Origin: Callorhinchus milii
Taxonomy: Eukaryota
Assembly (NCBI RefSeq): GCF_018977255.1
Contig: NW_024704742.1
Span: 44,456,001-44,520,000 of the forward strand
Direction: 5' to 3'
DNA length: 64,000 bases
Under the pieces are notes generated by a model. That model had not been told where the DNA came from and did not search any database. It was given only the letters and a program-made list of their open reading frames with translations. A program made the position numbers and the translations under genes. Positions 1 through 12,454 of the stretch are shown here, piece after piece; position 1 is the stretch's first letter; each line of letters starts with the position of its first letter.

Positions 1-1492
1 GCCGAGGCTAGAGTGGAGCGGTAAATTTTGAGGAGGTCCAGCCAGATTTGTCGGTGGACCGTTAGGCCAGATTTGACACAGGTGCGTTCAGCAGCCCGCA
101 CCTGGCTTTTCAGTGAGCGGAGGTGGGTGGTGTACCAGGGGGAGGAGCGGGAGTAGGAGACAGTGCGGGAAGTGATGGGGGCAAGAGTATCGAGTGTGGA
201 GGAGAGGGTATTGTGGAGGAGGGAGAGAGGAGAAGAGGGGTCGGTGAGGGTTGAAGGCCAGAGGGAGAGGAGTTCAGAGGACTCCAAGGCATCGGTTAGG
301 GATTGTGGGGGTAACTTCTTCCAAGGGCGGTAGAAGATGGTGGTGGGTCTGGTGGAGGTGGGGAGGGGGGTGGAGGTGGTGAAGGAGATGAAGTAGTGGT
401 CAGAGATGGCCTTGTCGGTAATAGTGACATCCGAGACACTGAGGCCCCGGGTGATCACCAAATCGAGTGGGTGGCCGTGACTGTGAGTGGGGGAGTTTAT
501 GTGTAAGGAGAGGTTGAGTGAGGAGAGCAGGGAAGAGAAGTCTGTGGAGATGGAGCAGGAGGGGGTGAAGTGTAGGTTAAAGTCGCCCAGGATGATGAGG
601 CGATCAGAGCAGAGGCAAAGAGATGTGAGGAGTGTTGAAATGTCAGAGATGAAGGTGGGAGAGGTTTTAGGGGGCCGGTAGAGGAGGAGGATTTTAAGGG
701 AGAGGAATGAGGGGTGGGAGAGGGTGAGGTGCTCAAAGGAGGGGAAAGAGCCAGTGGAGTAGGGGATAGGGCAAGTGGTGTCCTTGAGATAAGGGCAACA
801 CCACCGCCACGGCGGTTGGGGCGGGGGATGTGGTGGGAGGTGTAGCCGGGTGGCGTGGCCTCCGTGAGGGGGAAGGTGTCGCCTGGGGTGAGCCAGGTTT
901 CTGTTAAGGCCATGATATCAACGTTCTCATCAAGGATGAGATCGTTGATGACCAGGGCCTTGTTGCAGAGGGAGCGGACATTTTGCAGTCCGATGTGGAG
1001 GGAGCGGTTGACAGAAGGGTGTGTGGGAGGGGAGGGGGTCCAGGTTGTGAGGCAGGGGTGGGGGAATGGGGATGAGGGAGGAGAGGTTGACTCCCCGGGT
1101 CTGTGTCCGGGGTGGGTGGCGAGTGTGGTGGGGAATGGGGCAGTCGGTGTGGCTGCTGCTGGACAGCCAACGCCGAGTGCCGCGGTGAGCCCGGCGGAGG
1201 ATTCCCAGGCTGGAACAGAGGGAGGTTGTGGGAGGGTCAAGTGGGGATAGAAGACGAGAGGGACGGAGAGAGAGGAGGAGAGAGCGGGAGAGATGCAGAG
1301 GGGGGAGGGTTTGGGGGGAGAGAGGAGGGGGGAGGGAGGGGGTGAGGGGGGGAGGGTCAAAGCGGCAGCCATAGTGCGCACGCGGGGACCGGGAGCGAGC
1401 GGTCAGGTGGATGGCATTATCCCGTAGATTGGGGCAGCGAACGCAACAGGACCATAGTGGGCTCTGATGTGAGCCCTGGGGGGGGGCAGAGG
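1..1492 (-). mobile_element. L2-clade LINE, 5' portion (5' UTR, Pro-rich N-terminal extension, APE endonuclease); continues off the left edge; frameshifted
   Basis: ORF 497..1381(-) contains LHIGLQNVRSLCNKALVINDLILDENVDIMALTETWL...RRGGGVALIS, the APE endonuclease motif set. Other frames give LGILRRAHRGTRR, RGVNLSSLIPI, LIILGDFNLH, HINSPTHSHGHPLDLVIT and ISDHY. CpG-rich, so probably young. Confidence 0.93.
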
Positions 1493-2042
1493 GTTTTTTT
1501 TTTTTTTTTTTGCGCGCGCACGCACCTGAAAACTAATCTATGACGTCAGCATGAATGTGTTCCAGTTAGCTTGGCACCATCGCTGCTTTTTAAAAAAAAA
1601 TCCATATCAGTGTAGGATTAGACAAGAATTGACAATGGGCAGTCATTGTGCAACATGTTAATCTGCAGATCTAAATGAATAAATGTATTTGATTGTGTTT
1701 TTCTCTTTTAGAAGGCTTCAGAGGCTATGCTCTGGAGCCATAGGTCATGATCCCAAGGGCAGAAAAAAGCTCCCCTGCCAACATAAAGAGTGATAAAATG
1801 ATTTGAAGCAAAGGACAAATAAAAGTTGTCCAAATTAAAATGAAGTAGTACAAACAAGTGTCGGTGTTATTTGCTGGTGGGTAGGAGGAGTAGACTACCC
1901 CACTCAGTTTAGCATCCAATGTTTGCTTGTTCCACATGACTTCCTAAATAAGGTTCTCAACTTATGATGCTGAAGTGAGTATTTTTTTCTTTTCTAAGGA
2001 CATAGTGACTCTGGAACTATATGAACACACATTTGTAAGTAC

Positions 2043-2720
2043 AGTGAACGTCAACAAGACCGAGGCCCTCCTGATTGGCTCCTGTCAGCGCTTCCACATC
2101 TCAGGCTCTTACAGGATCACCATCCTGTCAAGTTGATGGTTGCCCGGCTCCACCACTGTCTCACACCACAGGCCGCCGAAACCCTCATACGCGCATTCAT
2201 TACATTGAGGCTTGACTAGGCAAACTCCTTGCTTGCCTGCCTTCCCAACTCCTCCCTCCATAGGCTGCAGATGATCCAGAACTCTGCACCCTTCTGCAGG
2301 ATACAGTTCAAGATCTTTGTCCTCACCTTCAAAGCCCTCCATGGTCTTGGTCCCACCTACCTCTGGGACCTCTTAACCCCCTGCCATCATGCCCGCTCCC
2401 TCCGCTCAGGGGGCTCCAGCCTGGTTCACGTCCCCCGTCTCACCCCCGCCCCCCGCCATTGGCGGGTGGGCCGTCTACCTCTCTGCCCCCACCCTCTGGA
2501 ACTCCATCATGCAGTCCCTCCGACTCATCCCCTCCCTTGCCACCTGCAAGACCCATCTCAAGAGCCTCCACTTCAACTGTGCTTTTGATCACCCTGCTTC
2601 CTCCCCTGCCCTCCACCCTTGCCCGACCCCCAGTTCGGGTCCTAAACACTGACTGTCCAGTGCCTTGGGACGTACTCCCAATATGAAAGATGCTATACAG
2701 ATGTAATTTTGTTGTTGTTT
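2043..2720 (+). mobile_element. L2 LINE 3' fragment with (TTG)n tail
   Basis: Encodes VNVNKTEALLIG, LQMIQNSA and RIQFKIFVLTFKALHGLGPTYL; ends ...gatgctatacagatgtaattttgttgttgtt. Confidence 0.9.
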
Positions 2721-2834
2721 ACTTAAGCATGGCGATCAGTTTCCACATGTGTCATGTGTAGAATTTTATTGTTGTTGCTCAGTTTGTTGCTGCACTCATG
2801 ACAGGGAAATTTGGTCGGAGACATAATACCTCAT

Positions 2835-2875
2835 CAGGGGACTGTCCCTGGAAATCAGGGACGTATGGTAACCCA
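2835..2875 (-). mobile_element. Single terminus of a probable hAT (Blackjack-like) DNA transposon
   Basis: Reverse complement gggttaccatacgtccctgatttccagggacagtccc resembles the AGGGTGACCAnACGTCCC-type TIR (from memory). No partner end found. Confidence 0.4.
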
Positions 2876-3332
2876 AATGTATCTGCATATTTACAATGTG
2901 CTGCAGGCCTCAGCCTCAGGCTGACTTCCACATGGCTCATTTGTAATCGTTAGCATATTATTTGCAACCTTTTGAAATTTTATACTCAATTTTTGAATAC
3001 AAAAGATGCCTCAACACAAATTGGCCTGACCTAAAGTCCAATATAGAGAAACTGAAAATTGAAGTGACATATGAGTGCCTGTACTGCATCAGAATTGCAT
3101 ATGCTTGATTAAAATTAATGGAATTCCATCCACTCATTTCTTTCTAAGCAATTAAAGAAGCGTGATGTCTGGCTTGATCAGATGAGACTCCATTTAGGTC
3201 AATGCTGCTCTTTGTGATTTTCTTTAATTACTTGAATAATAAATTGAAACTTAATTGAGAATTCAGAAATCAAAGTAATTTGTTTAAAAACATATATGCT
3301 AACAGTCTAATCTGGGTTCCAATGTCTGCATC

Positions 3333-3680
3333 ATATTAAACCAAGGTCCTAGCTACCTGTTAGGTGGACGTTAAAGAACTGCTGTGTGCAATTGGCTGCC
3401 GTGTTTCGCCTACAAAATACACAGTCTTTTCACTTTACAGTATATTCTGTGAAGCGCTTTGAGACATCTCAATGAAGTGATAAGGCACTATATCAAATGC
3501 AAGGATTATTGTTTATTATTATTATTATTATTATTATCCCATGGCAATATTCAAAAAGAGAAGGGAATTTTTCCTAGTATCCTGGCCAACAATCCCCCCA
3601 AATAAAATTGGACATTTACTTCATGGTTGTTTGTGGGATATTGCTGTGTGCAAACTGGCTGCCATATTTACCATGTGAAA
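3333..3680 (+). mobile_element. Old Deu-type SINE interrupted by the 3' half of a younger SINE (about 3378-3536)
   Basis: ttaaaccaaggtcc...aggtggacgttaaaga | insert ending (tta)n | atcccatggcaatattc...tgtttgtgggatattgctgtgtgcaaactggctgcc. The host resumes at the interrupted ...aaagatccc motif. Confidence 0.8.
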
Positions 3681-4953
3681 CATTTATTATTTGAGGTGCT
3701 CCAAAAGGGCAGAACATTTATGAATCTTGGCATTGCAATCTTATAATGGTATTTTCCTATGCAAGCTTATGCCACCAAGTTTTGTAAAGTTTTAGAAACC
3801 AGGCAAATGATGTCTAAATTTACCAACCTTCCATGGTTTATTTCAATTGTACCCAGATTTCACATAAGTGGGGATTGAATTATGCATTTCACAAAAGGAT
3901 TTTTAACTAACAAACCCTTCATGCATTGCAGTTACCTGTGAGGGATGCCTCTTGCATGACAATTTCATTCTGAGAGTTGACTGCAACAAATCTCAGAATT
4001 TCTATTTTAAAATCCTTTTGCAAATTCTGCAATTTAGACGCCAGTATAACAAATAGTTGACCGTTTGTCATGGTAGCACTCATCCATTTGTTGATAAAAT
4101 GGCTCAATGATGCAAGTTTATACTGTATTAGTTGTGGTCAAATAAAACCACTTTTCTTAGCTTAACTAGATAAGCTGAAGCTCTTCAGCCTTGAGAAACT
4201 TAGGAGAGGACATTATAGAGATATAAAATATGTTAAATGGGGCAGAGATGGTAAATCAAAACAACACTTTCAGATACTCCAAGCCAGTAAGAGAGCACAT
4301 GTTCAGGATTGTGAAGGGTACTGCTGGAGTTCAACTAGCAAATACCACAGAGCTTGGTAGTGTGAGCACTGTCTGGTTTACACATGTATTATTCCTTTCT
4401 TAATGTTGATGGGATAATCAGATAATCAATCTGAGGATGGCACTTGTGTCTACTCCTCAAAGGGAATACATATCCCTGGGCAGTCTGAGAGACTTGGACA
4501 AAGCCTTTGAAATTGAAGCTTCAATTCTGACTTCCAAACAACCCAAATTTTAGATCCCTGGAGCCAGAATAGTGCTCAGAAATCTTGATGATATTTTCCC
4601 TTTAATTTCTAACAGAAAAAAACGAAGCACGCTGCTAACATTTCTCTCAACGAATGCCTGAGATGATTTTATGTCTCATAGGCTTTGTTGAAGAGATTCA
4701 ACCTGCCCCTCTTGTGAGGCAGATTTGCTGTCAGGCGCTGGTCTCTCACAGGATGTGGCCCACTAATGTTGCCTTACACCGGAACACACCACAAACACTG
4801 TCATTGCTCACAAGGACATGCCCTGAAGTCATCAATGTTCGGAAATGTTGATCCTGCTTTAATTTCTTGCTGCAATTCACTTGGCATTTTTCTTTCTCAT
4901 AAGTATTCACTCTGACATGCTTCTCTTTTGCAGGGATTTGCACACATTCTCAT

Positions 4954-5261
4954 TAATAATAATCCTTGCATTTGATATAGCAGTTTTTCACATATACTAG
5001 ACATCTCAAAGCGCTTCATAGAATAGACTGTAAAGTGAATTAACTATATATTTGTGGGCAAAACGCAGCAGCCAATTGCGCACAGCAGTGTCCCACAAAC
5101 AGTCGTGGATTGAAGTGACCAATTTTATTATTTTTTTTGAAGGATTATTATCAGGAGTTTGAATTGAGGAAACTTGCCCAAGGTTTCGCCCGGCCGGGAA
5201 TCGAACCCAGGTCTCTCGCTTGTGAGGCGAGTGCTCTAACCACTGAGCTACAGGACTCCAC
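4954..5261 (-). mobile_element. Young tRNA-Ala-headed SINE
   Basis: Head gtggagtcctgtagctcagtggttagagcactcgc (A box), ggttcgattcc (B box), Deu-like body, (TTA)n tail. Confidence 0.92.
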
Positions 5262-5737
5262 TTTCCTCTTCGAAATTCATCACACTGCTTTCAGAGATTC
5301 CCCCAGAAGAATTTATTTCTCCTAGGGCTTCACCATGATGCTCATATTTCTTGTAGGGATTCACCAGTAAGTTGTCATTTCTTACGATGAAAACGCCTCT
5401 GTTTTTTTTATAACAGGTTTTGTTGCCAGTGCTATTAATTCACTGAGGCAATTACTGTGGCAGTCTTGTTTCCTCCATTGATTGGTCATATGCTCTTATT
5501 TCTCACTGAAGATATCTGCAATTCACTGTCTTTCTCATCAATTAAAGGTGATACTCTCATTTTCTTGTAGGTACTCAATTTTGTACACTCCAAGCCTTCC
5601 ATATTTTTTCTGGGAGATTTCCAAATCATACCACGAGTTTCCCATCTCATGACTACACTCTCCTCAACCAGCAATGTATTTTTTTACTTTTCCAATATAT
5701 TTAATATGTTTTATTCTTTCGAAAATATATGGTGTCA

Positions 5738-5925
5738 CCTTGGTTCGATTGGCAGTACTCTTGACTCTGAATCAGAAGATTCTAGGTTAATGTTACATGT
5801 CAGGAACTTCGAACTCACCGTCTAGGCTGACAATCCAGTGCATTACTGGGGGAGCACTGCATTGCCAGAGGTGTCATCCTTCAGGTAAGATGTAAAACCA
5901 AGGTCCCATTGGTCTGTTCAGGGCT
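5738..5925 (+). mobile_element. Old Deu-type SINE, 5' half
   Basis: tggttcgattggcagtactcttgactctgaatcagaag...aggctgacaatccagtgcattactggggg...aaaccaaggtccc, matching the other old copies in the window. Confidence 0.7.
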
Positions 5926-6839
5926 GAGCTTTTTACATGAAAACTATTCATGGATTTAAATTAAGCAGATTAGTCCAATGTAGCTGATACATGTAGAAAA
6001 TCATTATCCCAACTTACTTGCAAATGGTTATAGTTTTGTTGATTTGTTTTCTGTCCAAAGATTTGAAGCTTTTTGTTGGCAAATCTCACAATATTGACCA
6101 ATTATAAATTGTTCCAATATATGGTGCATCCAAACAGCAGAGCAATCAAGGAACTACTGTTTTCCCCAATAGTAAGTGCAGTACCTTCATTCTATGATTT
6201 CATAAAAGTTAGATTTTTAGAGCATCTCAGAGATTTTGGATAAATTCCACATGGAGAAATATTACATGAATTATGCCCTTTCCCATTGTAATAATGCAAT
6301 GAACAGTCAGAATACTGACAGGTATGAGCCAAATATAAATATCATACATATCAATAAAGTATTTAACCATAAACCTGTTACTAAACAATTACTTCATGTA
6401 AATGGAGTCATTGATTCATTCTTTGAAAAGTAACAAGCAGATATAATCCTAGCTGATTGAAAAATCCATTTGGGCAAACAATTAAGCAATGATTTCACCT
6501 AATGGAAAAACAACAACAATAACTTGCATTTATATATACCCTGCATGAATAACATTTTGGAACACTTTACAGGGGCGGATGTAAGGAACTAGATAGATAG
6601 GTGCTGTGTTAGGAGAATAATGTGAGTCTTAAAAACAGATACTAGAGAAAAAAAACTTGGACAGGGGATGGAGTAGATAGGTAATGGGATGGGGGGGTGA
6701 GAATCAACACATCCCCCAACCTGCATTTGATTCAGTTGTAGATGTTTTTAGGAAATAGATTCCCCTGGTAAAGGAACCACAATCACAAGATTGGTTCAGA
6801 TGAAGAAGGTCCTTTGACTGATTTGATTGCATCCTTCCA

Positions 6840-7180
6840 GAATACCCACCCACCCTGCTGTCCTACTATCATCAAGCTGTTTTTAATTGAGTTCAGTGTC
6901 CTGGCCTCAATCACCCTTTCTAATAATCCATTCCAGTTGCTAATTCCCCTCTGGCTAAAGAAATACTTCCTGGTGTCTGGCTTTAAAATTGTTGTTTAAA
7001 ACTCTAAACCTGTATCTTCGTGCTGTTTCATGCATCCAAAAGTATTGCTCTGGGTTTACTTCCTCAATACCATTTAAATTTTATACACCGCTATAAGATC
7101 CCCTCAGAGACATCTTTTATCAAGACAGCTAGGCCATAGCTTATCTAATTCTTGCTCATATCTCATTTCTCCTGATAAGG
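6840..7180 (-). mobile_element. Degraded CR1 LINE 3' fragment
   Basis: Reverse strand resembles the CR1 ORF2 C-terminus (RGDLIAVYKI, RKYFFSQRGISNWNGL). Confidence 0.6.
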
Positions 7181-7584
7181 TGATTTCAGTTTTGTTTCCT
7201 TGTCTGTGATGATCTCAATCAGGACAACAATTACAATTAGTTACAACTGGCCTCAGCCTACTAACTCTCCCTAACACAAGCTAGGAAGAGGAGAGCTCCC
7301 ACTTTTACACGATAATAACAACACTTACACTTGATATAGTGCCTTTCATGTCGGGAGGACATCTCAAAGTGCTTCACATGATTTCCTGTAAAGCGTAGTG
7401 ACTGTACTTTACAAGCGAACAATTCACCTGAGCACCTTAGGCTAGATAGGAAAATTAGCCAGACCTCTTCACTATCCTGGATCCCCTGTTGAAGAAATGT
7501 GTGAGGAGAGGTTTGGGCTCAGCTGCAATGTCCACACCGCAGCCCACAACAACAACAACAACATTACATTTGTATAGCGCCTTT

Positions 7585-7913
7585 GTGGAGTCCTGTAGCT
7601 CAGTGGTTAGAGCACTCGCTTTGCAAGTGAGAGACCTGAGTTCAATTCCAGGCAGAGGGCGAAACCTTGGGCAAGTTTCCTTACTCCACACGCCTAATAA
7701 TAATCCCTCCAAAACCAAAAACAATAATAAATTGGTCATTTTCAATCTACGACTGTTTGTGGGACATTGCTGTGCGCAATTGGCTGCCGCGTTCGCCCAT
7801 AAATATACAGTCAATTCACTTTACAGTGTGTTCTGTGAAGCGCTTTGGGACGTCCTCCAGACATGAAAAGCGCTATATCAAATGCAAGGATTATTATATA
7901 TTATTATTATTAT
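7585..7913 (+). mobile_element. Young tRNA-Ala-headed SINE (short variant) inserted into a minus-strand L2 tail fragment (7546-7945)
   Basis: Complete head, body and tail. The flanks rejoin as caacaac...tatagcgccttt|cacgtcgggaagacgtcccaaagcgctg, an L2 3' end. Confidence 0.95.
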
Positions 7914-8879
7914 TTCACGTCGGGAAGACGTCCCAAAGCGCTGAAGTTTCTCCACCCATAGTTGAATTGGCAGATGGCATTCAGTGTCAAGGTTCACACA
8001 TGAACAATGTGTGTCTATGGGGTTGGGAGGGGGGAATGGGGTCAGGTGCCTATGAAACTTGACCTCAGAAAGGAATTAAACATGTTCAGGAGCTGAAAGA
8101 AATTATAAAAGAAATCAGATTAAACTACTTCCATTTTGCAAAAGTGTGGATTGTGGTTTCAGTTCAGGAATGTAACTGGGAATCTATTTTAGGAGTAAAC
8201 ATCAAAATTTGTATGAAAAAACTAAAATCCTGCTATTTTCCTTTGTGATATCAATTCTCCTTGTTCCTAGATGTGCGGGAAAAATAAGTTTAAATTAATC
8301 ATAGCTGAGCTCAAAGATGTTACCTGCTACCCAAGGCCTCTCCATTTACAATCCCTCAGGTACTCATCAAAGCATGTGGCCCCTTTAAAAAGGTGCCAGT
8401 TGTCATCTTTCTGCCAAAGGATGAATCTACCACTATCAGTGAATAGTGGCAACCAAACATAAAGAAAAAGGTAATAACTCTTGCCTATTTGTAAGTAAAA
8501 TTGAATCGAGTAACTTGTATAACCGCTTGACTCAGTTGACTATGTGAATGTTTCACAACTTTGCAAGAATAAATTTGCTTAGAATTACACAGAATGCTAT
8601 AGTATAGAAATACCATTCAGTCAAAATAATCTTTGCACTGTTTATACTCCACATGAGCCTCCATCCCTCCAAATCCCTCCTCCCATATTCTTCTGTTCCC
8701 TTCTCCCTCAAGTATGAAAATAAGCTTTTTTTTCAAGAACTACACAAATTGAGCATCAGAATAAAATCTCCCAGGCTTTGGCTAAAAGCTTAAATACTTA
8801 TCTTTGCCTATAAAAATAATTGAACACCATTTTGATTTATGATATCTACGTGTACAGGCTATAGTGAATAAAGAAGCAG

Positions 8880-9105
8880 AAACAACAACTTGCAGAGAGC
8901 CCTACAAAAATGGAGTAGCATCTCAGAGTGCTTAATAGTGGTGGGGCTTGATGCCAATCCTGGGAGGGGAGGGGGTGACCCTAGGCATGGTCAAAGAGGA
9001 AGGTCTTCAAATGTGTTATGAAGACATGCATAAAATGGCAAGGCGAAGGGATTAAGGCAGAGTTGCATAGTTCCAGGGTGGAGTGGCTGAATGCATGGCC
9101 CCAAT
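8880..9105 (-). mobile_element. Degraded L2 3' fragment
   Basis: aacaacaacttgca tail followed by L2 3' sequence similar to other copies in the window. Confidence 0.6.
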
Positions 9106-10451
9106 GATTTTTCTGACTTCTCTATTTGATTTATTTGTGACTATTTTATATGGTCTCCCCCCAATTGGAAACATCTTTTCTATGTCTTTTTTTATCTACC
9201 CTATCAAAAACTTTCATTATTTTAAGGACCTCTATTAGGTCACCCCTCACCATTCTTTTTTCAAGATAAAAGAGTTCAAGCTTGTTCAATCTTTCCTGAT
9301 AGGTATAATCTCGCAGTTCTGGTGTCATCCTTGTAAATCTCCTTTGCACCTTCTCCAGAAATGTACAATTCCAACCAACGCTTAGCTTTTTTTTGGCCTT
9401 ATTAACCTGCATCGCTACTTTTAGCGATTTGTGTATCTGTACCCCTAGATCCCTTTGCTTCTCTACCCTATATCGATTCTTATTTTCCAGGCAGTATGCG
9501 ATCTCCTTATTCCTCCTACCAAAATGTACAACCTCACACTTATCTATATTAAAATTAAATTAAACACCCATTCAACAAGATTCTTAATGTCTTCTTGTAA
9601 TTTGTTGCAGTCCTCCCCAGTATTAACTACACCCCCCAATTTGGTATCGTCCGCAAAGTTTTAAATTGTACTTTCGATCCCGAGTCCAAATCTTTAATGT
9701 AAATTGTAAACAACAGTGGTCCCAATACCAATCCTTGTGGAACACCACTTCCTACCCTCTAACAGTCTGAGTAGCTACCCTTTACTCCTTCTCTCTGTTT
9801 CCTGTTTTATAGCCAGCTTGCTATCCATTCTGCTACTTTTCCCCTGACTCCACATGCTCTGACCTTATTCATTAGTCTATTGTGCGGTACCTTATTGAAC
9901 ACCTTTTGGAAATCCAAATATATTACATTTACTGCATTACCCTTGTCTACTCTTTCTGTTACCTCTTCAAAGAATTCAATAAGGTTGTTCAAGCATGACC
10001 TTCCTTTTTGAAATCCATGCTGACTATTCTTTATTATATTTCCATTTTCTAGATGTTTTTCTATTATCTCTTTTAGTAAGGATTCCATTATCTTTCCTAC
10101 CACCGCCGTTAAGCTGACAGGTATATAGCTCCCTGGCTCGTTCTATCTCCCTTTTTAAATGTAGGTATAACATTAGCTATCCTCCAGTCCTCTGGCACTA
10201 CTGCCTTTTCTAATGAATTATTATATATATGCAATAATGTCTCTGCTATCTCTTCCCTAGATTCTTTTAATATACGCAGATGCAATCCATCCCGTCCAGG
10301 AGTTTTATTCTCCCTGAGTTTGGTTAGTTTATCGATTATCTCCCCTCCTTTTATCTTAAATGTATTTATATAATTTTTGATCTCTTCTTCTACTGTCATG
10401 TCCAGCTGATCTGTCTCCCTGATAATACTGAGGCAAAGTAATTATTCAATA

Positions 10452-11090
10452 CTAGCTGTAACCATTGCAGCTACGCTTGCAACCAATATAGAATGTAGAT
10501 CAACACATAGACAGACACACAGACAGACATTTCATCTTCATCTGTACTCATCTGGGAGGACTGCTGTGGGAGGACTCCTTTTGGCCATGCTGTTCTTTGT
10601 TCTTCAGTTTCATTTAATGGACCTTCTCTCTTTTATCGCGGATTTTTACTTATCCTTGAGAGGTTTGATTCTTGCTTAGACATTTTTATAATGGTAAATA
10701 TAAATGTATAATTTATAATCACTGGGACGTCCTCCCGACATGAAAGGGGCTTTTCAAATGTAATTTTGTTGTTGTTGCCGCAATTTAGCTTTGTCTGTGT
10801 TCTTTATTTTGTTCCCACCGCCACGTGCGTGCTCTATGATGCAGGATACCACAGCACCACAGCCCACCGGCGCGGCCACCAGGTGTAACTGCAGCAAAAA
10901 ACGCAAAACTGAAATACATTTTAGGTCATAACTCATGAACTACAGGAGATACCCGAAAACAAAATGTTCATGTCACTCCCAGGTGTAAGACCTTTCCGAT
11001 GAGGTATAAATCATGTCCCTATGTCAGTTGGTTATTGAGATCCTTCTTGAAGCGCAGACAGACATTATCGTTTTATTAGTATAAAGAAGA
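10452..11090 (-). mobile_element. Non-autonomous Helitron (639 bp)
   Basis: 5' TC (tcttctttatactaataaaacgataatgtctgtctg), 3' CTAG preceded by a hairpin (10465-10482). Inserted between A and T with no target-site duplication. Removing it restores CR1 codons gca gaa ata ttg aat aat tac ttt gcc tca gta (AEILNNYFASV). Confidence 0.9.
10722..10778 (+). mobile_element. Very short L2 3' tail inside the Helitron
   Basis: tgggacgtcctcccgacatgaaaggggcttttcaaatgtaattttgttgttgttg. Confidence 0.8.
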
Positions 11091-12454
11091 TTTCTGCTAT
11101 TTTGCTGTCACTGGCTGTGAGCTTATCTTGTCCATCCCTTAGTAGCCTTATTCTCATTTTGATTTGTCTTTTGTTATTTATATGTCTGAATATTTTACTA
11201 TTTCTTTTTATATTCCTTGATAATTTAAATTTCATAGTTCCTCTTTGGCTTCCTAATTTTTTTTTTACTTCTTTCCTAACCTCTTTGTATTCTTTTTTGT
11301 TGTTTATGTACTTAGTGAACGCGTCTTTCCTCATCTCAACTTTGCCCTTATGTCTTTATTCACACAGTGACTCATTATTGTTTAGCTTAATCTTCAACAA
11401 CAACAACTTGTTTTTTAGTGGAATATCCTTCTCCTGGACTCTATTGATCACTGTTTTAAATGTTTCCCACTGCTGCTCTATCTCTTTGTTTGCCAATATT
11501 GTTTTCCAGTTTATTTTCCCAAGTTCCAGTCTCATCCTCAAAATCAGCTTTGTTCTAATCTATTACTCTGGTCTTTGTCATACTTGTATCCTTCTCAATC
11601 TTTATCTTAAACCTAATTAAGTTATGATTGCTATTGCCCAGATGTTCCCCTACTCGTACTTCTCTTATCTGTTCTGGTTCATTTCCCATTACTAAATCCA
11701 GTAGTGATTCCTCTCTTGTTGGGCCTCTTACATACTGGGTAAGAAATGAGTCCTGTACACATTGAAGGAACTCCATTCCCTTATCCCCTTTACCTACCTC
11801 TTCTTGGGGGTAGTTGAAATTCCCCATGATTATTACTCTATGTCTTTTACTAATTTCCATAATTTGCTTGGATATTTCTTCCTCTACCTCCCTTCCATTA
11901 TTAGGTGGTCTTTAGAAGACCCTTATTTTTGTGATTGATCCCTTCTTATCTTTAATCGCTGTCCACACAGATTCTGTTTCTATCTTACATATGGTTATGT
12001 CCCTTTTTTTCTACTCCCAATATTTTATCCCTAATAAGTACAGCTACTCCACTGCCCTTTTTCCTGTCTCTATCCTTTCTAAATATGTTATACCCTGCAA
12101 TATTTAATTGACAGTCCTGTTCTTTCTGTAGCTATGTTTCAGTAATCCCTGCTATATCTGGTTCATCACTATGAATTATTGCCTCCAGTTCTCCTGTTAT
12201 ATTTCAGATGCCGTATACATTGCTGTAAAGACAGTTTAACTTGTTTTTATTAGTTGTTCCTCTCTCTTTATTTTTGACAGTCTTTTTATACTTCTGTTGT
12301 CTAATTGTATTAATTCTCTGACCATCGATGTTCTCCTTATTTCTTAGTTTTGTCTGACCTATATCCTCATCTCCTGTTTCCTTTATATTTGGGCTTATTC
12401 ATTTCCTTCAGATCTCTCCCCCCATTTTACTAGTTTAAAGCCTTTGCCACTTTT

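Larger units (their letters stand above)
9110..12445 (-). mobile_element. CR1 LINE: end of ORF1 plus most of ORF2 (APE endonuclease and reverse transcriptase), pseudogenised, split by a Helitron
   Basis: ORF1 end KALN*. Endonuclease: AGITET, IIMGNFNYP, LTQYVRGPTREESLLDLV. RT: SQHGFQKGRSCLNNLIEFFEEVT...IYLDFQKVF, GVPQGLVLGP, FADDTKLGG. C-terminus: LEKVQRRFTRM...RGDLIEV. Many stops and frameshifts. Confidence 0.95.

Noticed and set aside
1380..1492. HDV-like ribozyme at the L2 5' end
   Set aside because: I could not assign the nested double-pseudoknot pairings by eye.
4620..5700. Purine-rich minus-strand ORF fragments on both sides of a SINE
   Set aside because: No continuous frame after removing the SINE and no recognisable domain.
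7585..7660. tRNA-Ala(TGC)-like sequence, also in the other SINE heads
   Set aside because: It runs directly into the SINE body and tail, has no proper acceptor stem, and the copies vary; SINE heads, not tRNA genes.
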